This document shows, in pieces, positions 44,340 to 48,872 of a stretch of 48,872 bases of DNA (the stretch's first letter is position 1; each line of letters begins with the position of its first letter). The translations under genes were made by a program, and so were the position numbers. Under the pieces are notes generated by a model. That model was not told the origin of the DNA, made no database searches, and worked only from the letters and a program-made list of their open reading frames with translations. Source of the DNA: a virus. Lineage: Duplodnaviria > Caudoviricetes. Where the stretch lies: the IMG/VR virus record IMGVR_UViG_3300014161_000005, positions 1-48,872 of that record. The stretch is one strand, 5' to 3'.

Positions 44340-44416
44340 TACAATGGAGTTGTCGGATGTTTCAGGCATCCGGCCAAGACCCTACACGGAGGCTAGTCCG
44401 CGCATGACAACCCCAT
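44340..44416 (+). promoter_or_regulatory. -10 box plus start-sequestering leader of the Endo VII gene
   Basis: TACAAT; 10/11-bp inverted repeat 44344-44354/44406-44416; inner hairpin GTCGGATG...CATCCGGC. Confidence 0.6.
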
Positions 44417-45012
44417 CAAATCCAAATTCTACACCCGATTCTATCAAAGAGCAGAAAAGATTGGCCGAAAATGAGCGGATGCGTCTTTGGCGACTCGCCC
44501 ACAAGAATGATGAAAACTATCGTCTGCGTAGGAATGAACGAGAAAAGAATCGAAGACGCAATTTAATGAATAGTGAACAATTCCGTTCCGCCGAAAATGA
44601 GCGACAGAAGGAGTGGAGCGAAAACAACCGTGAAAAGAGAAGGAAGATAGCCGCTCGATGGAGGGAAAAGAATCGGGGAAACATTAGAGACTATGCAAGA
44701 AAATACAACGTCTTGTATGCCCAGAAAAATCGGGATTCTATAAGGTATAAGGAACTTCAGAGAGTTTACGGAATCACAAAACAACATTACGATTCCATAT
44801 TCGATTTTCAGGATGGAAAATGCGCTATTTGCCGAAATCCTTTTGAAAGCAAGGGAAAACGAAGAGCATGCATTGATCATGATCATTCCACAGGAAAGAT
44901 TCGTGGAATTCTTTGTAATATGTGCAATATGATGATTGGTCACGCAGATGAAAACAAGAAGACTTTGGAAATGGCGATTGCGTACCTAGATAAACACTCA
45001 TCCTCTAGCTAG
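44404..45012 (+). CDS. Endonuclease VII-family homing endonuclease (antisense)
   Basis: CAIC...IDHDHSTGKIRGILCNMCN; R/E/K-rich helical N-terminus; low GC. Confidence 0.9.
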   Translation: MTTPSNPNSTPDSIKEQKRLAENERMRLWRLAHKNDENYRLRRNEREKNRRRNLMNSEQFRSAENERQKEWSENNREKRRKIAARWREKNRGNIRDYARKYNVLYAQKNRDSIRYKELQRVYGITKQHYDSIFDFQDGKCAICRNPFESKGKRRACIDHDHSTGKIRGILCNMCNMMIGHADENKKTLEMAIAYLDKHSSSS

Positions 45013-45490
45013 ATAGTTTCCCAGATCGCGCATCCTTCATAATCCTACTATCGTCGCCGCCCTGCTCGTACCTCTCCCCTCCCAGTTGCGGCACGGCCCG
45101 TAGCCGTTGGCTCAGGATGCGCTCGTAGAGCTTGTCCTGCGCATCCAGCATCCGAAGGTTCACATCGCGGTTGAAGGCGTCCAGGTGGGCACTACGGGCG
45201 ACTACGGCGTCCCGTACAGCCTTCCTGAATCCACGTTCCCGTTCGAGCTTATCTACCGCCGCCCGCTCTTCATCGTCGATGTGCTGTTGACGATATTGGT
45301 CCATGAAACGCTCCAAATCCCACGCATGTAGGCAGGGGACCGTCTCGTAACGGATTCCGGGGGGTACGTGGAGCGGGGGAGCGTTTTCCAAGCCAAAGGA
45401 AAGGATACGGTTGCTGCCTATCTCCCGATAGACTACGGTCTTTTCCCGGCCCGTAAGTTGGACATTCATCCTTCCAACACTATACCCCAC
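45005..45490 (-). CDS. Hypothetical protein
   Basis: 161 aa directly after the terminase. Confidence 0.65.
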   Translation of the reverse strand: MGYSVGRMNVQLTGREKTVVYREIGSNRILSFGLENAPPLHVPPGIRYETVPCLHAWDLERFMDQYRQQHIDDEERAAVDKLERERGFRKAVRDAVVARSAHLDAFNRDVNLRMLDAQDKLYERILSQRLRAVPQLGGERYEQGGDDSRIMKDARSGKLSS

Positions 45491-47647
45491 TCAGACTAGA
45501 AAGGCACGGCTTGCCCATTCGTCCTCAAGAATGTCCTTCACTCTCTTGGTCGAAGGCCATCTCGACTGTATACGAGAAGCGGAGTTTTCGAGTTCGTGGA
45601 ACCCTGTCCAGCCCATCGCAGAAGCAAAGATATTGTCGTCCTTTTTTCCGGTGCTGGCGATCATCTCACTTTTACCTTCCCCGCCAACATACTTCCGCAC
45701 AAAGGACTCCAACTGCCGAATTACTATGGGATCATTCAATACCATCCATCCGGTCACTACTGCGTCTACCCATCGGTCGAGAAGGTACGGCCTCGTGTAA
45801 GCGCGGGTGAACCATCCTTCCTGATGCCCGCTATCCGGCAAAATGTTCCCCTTCTTATCCATCCTGAGCATGACGTGGTGATCGAGAAATCCCATGATCT
45901 TTAGTTGGCTCTGGCACTCATCTCCCGGCTTCCGCGTCTGCTCGATAATAAACTTTACCCCCAAGGGATTCGCGGAAGTGATAGCTCCCCTCCCATCAGT
46001 CCCGTAGAGCACGGCGACGGCGGCGGCGATCCGGGCCATTTGCGGAGAGTTGACCCTCAGCGACGTGAATGAAGCAACCTGAATATCCGGCTCACGGCCA
46101 TGACCATGTTTTTGCACTGAGAGATTCGCCCGGTCCTCATTCGGTTTGTTCAAGCCTCCAGCCGTGTCGATGCCGACGATGTACTCAGCGCCAGGCTTCG
46201 GCTCCTCGAAAATCAGGAGCTTATCGAAACACGCTTCGTCGGTAGAGTCGTCGAATGGCCGCAACGGAACAAGCCGCCAAACGTACTGGTTATCATCGAG
46301 TCCAGTCCACTCCAGAACAATGTCCGTCTCGTTCTGGTTCACGTCCACGGGGTCGGGCTCGTATGGCTTGTTTTCGTTGCTCATCAGGATCGTGCGTCCA
46401 GTGATGGCGTAGGCCGCGTATTGCGTCTCCTTTGCCTGCGTCACGAGGGTAATCGTCTCCTGGCTAAAAACGGGATCATCCTTCGACTGGAAGGCATCAA
46501 CGGGAGTCACGGCGTTGGCAGCGAGGAATTCCCGCTCCGCATGTTTGGCGATAGCCTCTTCGTAGCCGAACTGCCAGAACCATTGAAACTCATTCGGCAT
46601 CTCCCAGTGCTGACCGAGAATTTTCCAGAGATAGTCCGTGGACCGCGCGTAAAGTTCTCCGCGGCGCCGCATCTTGCGCGTGGTATCGGTGACGTGCGAG
46701 TTCCACGGCTCGGGGACCGGATGCTGGCGCAACCACGACTCAGGGGGATACAAGTCGGTGGCGCAGGCGGGAGGAATGAAGAAGGCTTTGAATCGTCCCT
46801 TGCCGGACGAGTAGAGTTCCCAGCTTTCCTTTTGCCATGTCGTTGCCATTGAGCCGGTACCTTCGAGCACCATGAACAGGGACGGCAGTTGGTGGCAGGC
46901 CGGAAACAAACCTTCGTCCAGCGTGTGCTTCGGGTTCGTATAATCTCCAAGTTCGCTGACGTGAACGCAGGATGGTGAATCGCCCTGAGCAATACCGACC
47001 TCCTGAGCGCCCGCCTGGACAGAGAGGCGAGAACCGTTCGTCCATCGGGGTTCAGTCGCCTTCGTCGAAGTCTGCCCCACCCGCAGCCAAAACGGGAGTT
47101 TTTCCTGGCATGTGTCGATCATGCTCTTGAGCTTCTGTGTCTGCGGAACCTGTACAGAGGCCATGACCGCGTAGGTGTTGGCGACATAGAGAATGCGCTG
47201 GAGAAAAAGCTGAGCAACAAAAGTTGAGATTCCTAATTGGCGAGCTTTGAGAACGAACAACTGAATTGCAATTTGGAGATCGTCACATTCGGCAAGATAC
47301 GCGAAAAGAATTTTCTGAGACAAGCGTAATTCGAAATGAATAAGCTGGGTGTTGGCGGCACGGATGTAGGCGTAGCGGGTGACAAAATACTCTGCCGAGG
47401 CGAAGCATAAAAATCTCTCATTCTCCACCCACCGCTTGATCTTCTTGACTACGGCTGGAGACGGGGACTTTTCATCCTTCCAAAAGAAGTAGGACCGCGC
47501 TCCGGTTTTCGATTTCGATACATCAGCGTACTTGTTGATCTCCTCGACCATGTGATCGCACTCGCCAACGGAGTGGAACTGAGGTTCCCAGCCGTTACGG
47601 AGTTTGAAGTCTCGGATCGTTTGCTCTACAATTTTTTCCGAATACAT
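45491..47647 (-). CDS. terL: Terminase large subunit
   Basis: VLKARQLGIST Walker A, VHVSE Walker B, IVGIDTAGG RNase H motif and KDD C-terminus. Confidence 0.92.
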   Translation of the reverse strand: MYSEKIVEQTIRDFKLRNGWEPQFHSVGECDHMVEEINKYADVSKSKTGARSYFFWKDEKSPSPAVVKKIKRWVENERFLCFASAEYFVTRYAYIRAANTQLIHFELRLSQKILFAYLAECDDLQIAIQLFVLKARQLGISTFVAQLFLQRILYVANTYAVMASVQVPQTQKLKSMIDTCQEKLPFWLRVGQTSTKATEPRWTNGSRLSVQAGAQEVGIAQGDSPSCVHVSELGDYTNPKHTLDEGLFPACHQLPSLFMVLEGTGSMATTWQKESWELYSSGKGRFKAFFIPPACATDLYPPESWLRQHPVPEPWNSHVTDTTRKMRRRGELYARSTDYLWKILGQHWEMPNEFQWFWQFGYEEAIAKHAEREFLAANAVTPVDAFQSKDDPVFSQETITLVTQAKETQYAAYAITGRTILMSNENKPYEPDPVDVNQNETDIVLEWTGLDDNQYVWRLVPLRPFDDSTDEACFDKLLIFEEPKPGAEYIVGIDTAGGLNKPNEDRANLSVQKHGHGREPDIQVASFTSLRVNSPQMARIAAAVAVLYGTDGRGAITSANPLGVKFIIEQTRKPGDECQSQLKIMGFLDHHVMLRMDKKGNILPDSGHQEGWFTRAYTRPYLLDRWVDAVVTGWMVLNDPIVIRQLESFVRKYVGGEGKSEMIASTGKKDDNIFASAMGWTGFHELENSASRIQSRWPSTKRVKDILEDEWASRAFLV

Positions 47648-48409
47648 CTACTTTCCCGCCTCTAACAAGGCGTGCTTCTGAGCACTCCATGTTTTCACTC
47701 CATCGCCGAGCGGAGGGAAAGCATCGTCCCACGAATCATCTGCATCCGTCTCTTTGTCCTTTTCCTCTGCGGGTCTGCCGAAGCCGATATTGATTTCCAT
47801 GCCGCCCTCCTTAGTGGGCAAGAACCCAATCGCTTCGTGGAGCAACTTGCGGTCGGCGTGTCCTGCCGGTCCAAGGAATTTGGCGGTGTCCACGGTGGCG
47901 TCGACCACATCGGGATGAGCCAGAATCGCCTTGAGAGCGCTCTCCTGAGCCTTCAACAACTTCGCGGCCATCAGCACCGCCCCAAGAAGCGCCAGCGGGC
48001 TCACGGCGGCTTTGACGCATACCGCCTCGATGCTCAGGCGATCAAGATCGGCCTTAGAGATGGAGCGCCATGCCGCGAGGAACTGACGCGCCACCGGAGT
48101 GCCGGATGCCGAAAGGTAGTTCACAATTTGCGCTCGCGGGATGGTCTGTCGCTTGCCGGAAAAACAGCGTATCAGGATGTCTGTCACTTTGGGAGCGGCC
48201 GCAAGCTCTTCCGGGTCGATGTCCAGACGGCGCAGGATGGCGACCGGGGTGTGGAACTGCCTACCCTCGCGAGACGCACTAAGCGAGATTGCGGATACGT
48301 TTTTCGAGCGGGGAGATTTCCGCTTCAAAGGCTTTGTAGGCTTCGACGCTTTGCGGGATGGCGCGATCTCCAACCCTTGAGATGCCGACTTCTTCTTCGT
48401 TGATTTCAT
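47648..48409 (-). CDS. Terminase small subunit (putative)
   Basis: Adjacent to terL; basic N-terminus and helical core. Confidence 0.5.
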   Translation of the reverse strand: MKSTKKKSASQGLEIAPSRKASKPTKPLKRKSPRSKNVSAISLSASREGRQFHTPVAILRRLDIDPEELAAAPKVTDILIRCFSGKRQTIPRAQIVNYLSASGTPVARQFLAAWRSISKADLDRLSIEAVCVKAAVSPLALLGAVLMAAKLLKAQESALKAILAHPDVVDATVDTAKFLGPAGHADRKLLHEAIGFLPTKEGGMEINIGFGRPAEEKDKETDADDSWDDAFPPLGDGVKTWSAQKHALLEAGK

Positions 48410-48503
48410 CGATTTGAGGATACTCCCGATCTGCCCAGCGTTCAGCTACTTTTACCGCGCGGTCGAGGATGTCAATGAGACGATCAATCTGTTTGCCGGT
48501 CAC
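48279..48503 (-). CDS. Hypothetical protein
   Basis: GGAG RBS before GTG 48503; overlaps the next gene. Confidence 0.45.
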   Translation of the reverse strand: MTGKQIDRLIDILDRAVKVAERWADREYPQIDEINEEEVGISRVGDRAIPQSVEAYKAFEAEISPLEKRIRNLA

Positions 48504-48765
48504 GATAACTCCAATCCGGATCAGGCACAATATGCCCGTCAGGCACATATGGACTCACTGATAGCTTAATTCCAGCAAAACAAAGATCGCGAATCTTTCT
48601 TGAGTCGAACGGCTCGTCGGTAATCCTCTGCTGTGGGATTAGGATGGCGCATATCTGGTCATATGTTTTTTGACTGCACACGCCTCTACCGCACTTGACC
48701 AGCGCCTCACTAGCTCTCAAAAGTTGGGGAATTATATACTTGACTTCCGTGTTCTGTTCCATCAC
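48484..48765 (-). CDS. Hypothetical protein
   Basis: GGAGG RBS; GTGA overlap. Confidence 0.5.
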   Translation of the reverse strand: MMEQNTEVKYIIPQLLRASEALVKCGRGVCSQKTYDQICAILIPQQRITDEPFDSRKIRDLCFAGIKLSVSPYVPDGHIVPDPDWSYRDRQTD

Positions 48766-48872
48766 ACATCCCTCCGTTTCCCCTGCCCGCGCATCGATTT
48801 CGAGAAACTGGACTTCTCGGGCTGTTTCAGTTCCGTGGGCCGGGGGATGGGCTGGTCCGTCTCGCGGCGGAA
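48762..48872 (-). CDS. 3' end of a gene running off the window
   Basis: Open frame ...KSMRGQGKRRDV* coupled to the start at 48765. Confidence 0.4.
   Translation of the reverse strand, partial: FRRETDQPIPRPTELKQPEKSSFSKSMRGQGKRRDV

Noticed and set aside
28203-48403. Numerous long plus-strand ORFs opposite structural genes
   Set aside because: Expected antisense shadows in high-GC3 DNA, without RBS or motifs; the exception is 44404-45012.

Overview
The window is most of a ~60% GC tailed dsDNA phage or prophage genome with a podovirus-type layout: portal, scaffold, capsid, adaptor/nozzle, ejection proteins, and no tape measure. A minus-strand replication/recombination arm (1-8985) carries a stand-alone DnaB N-terminal domain, an orphan DNA MTase, an intein-containing SF2 helicase, a KTSC-exonuclease, a second KTSC protein and an SSAP recombinase. 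It diverges at back-to-back sigma70 promoters (~9010-9080) from a plus-strand early arm of small genes (9085-13539). The minus-strand late arm (13615-48872) covers lysis, receptor-binding proteins, ejection proteins, tail/head genes and terminase. No integrase, CI repressor, tRNA, CRISPR array or reverse transcriptase was recognised. An Acidobacteriota-like host is only a guess from protein style. Most interesting signals: (1) two Endonuclease VII homing-endonuclease cassettes inserted ~10 codons into ejection-protein genes, each followed by a diverged replacement N-terminus; (2) one structured promoter-leader shared by two unrelated homing endonuclease families; (3) low-GC patches over the Q-motif/Walker A of both helicase and terminase; (4) a recombination module with two KTSC domains and a separate SSB-tail-like protein; (5) tailspike-like proteins with Sec signal peptides, plus a Tat lipoprotein and cysteine peptidase in the lysis cassette; (6) an exact 35-bp promoter duplication. 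All family assignments come from motif recognition by eye; no database search was run.
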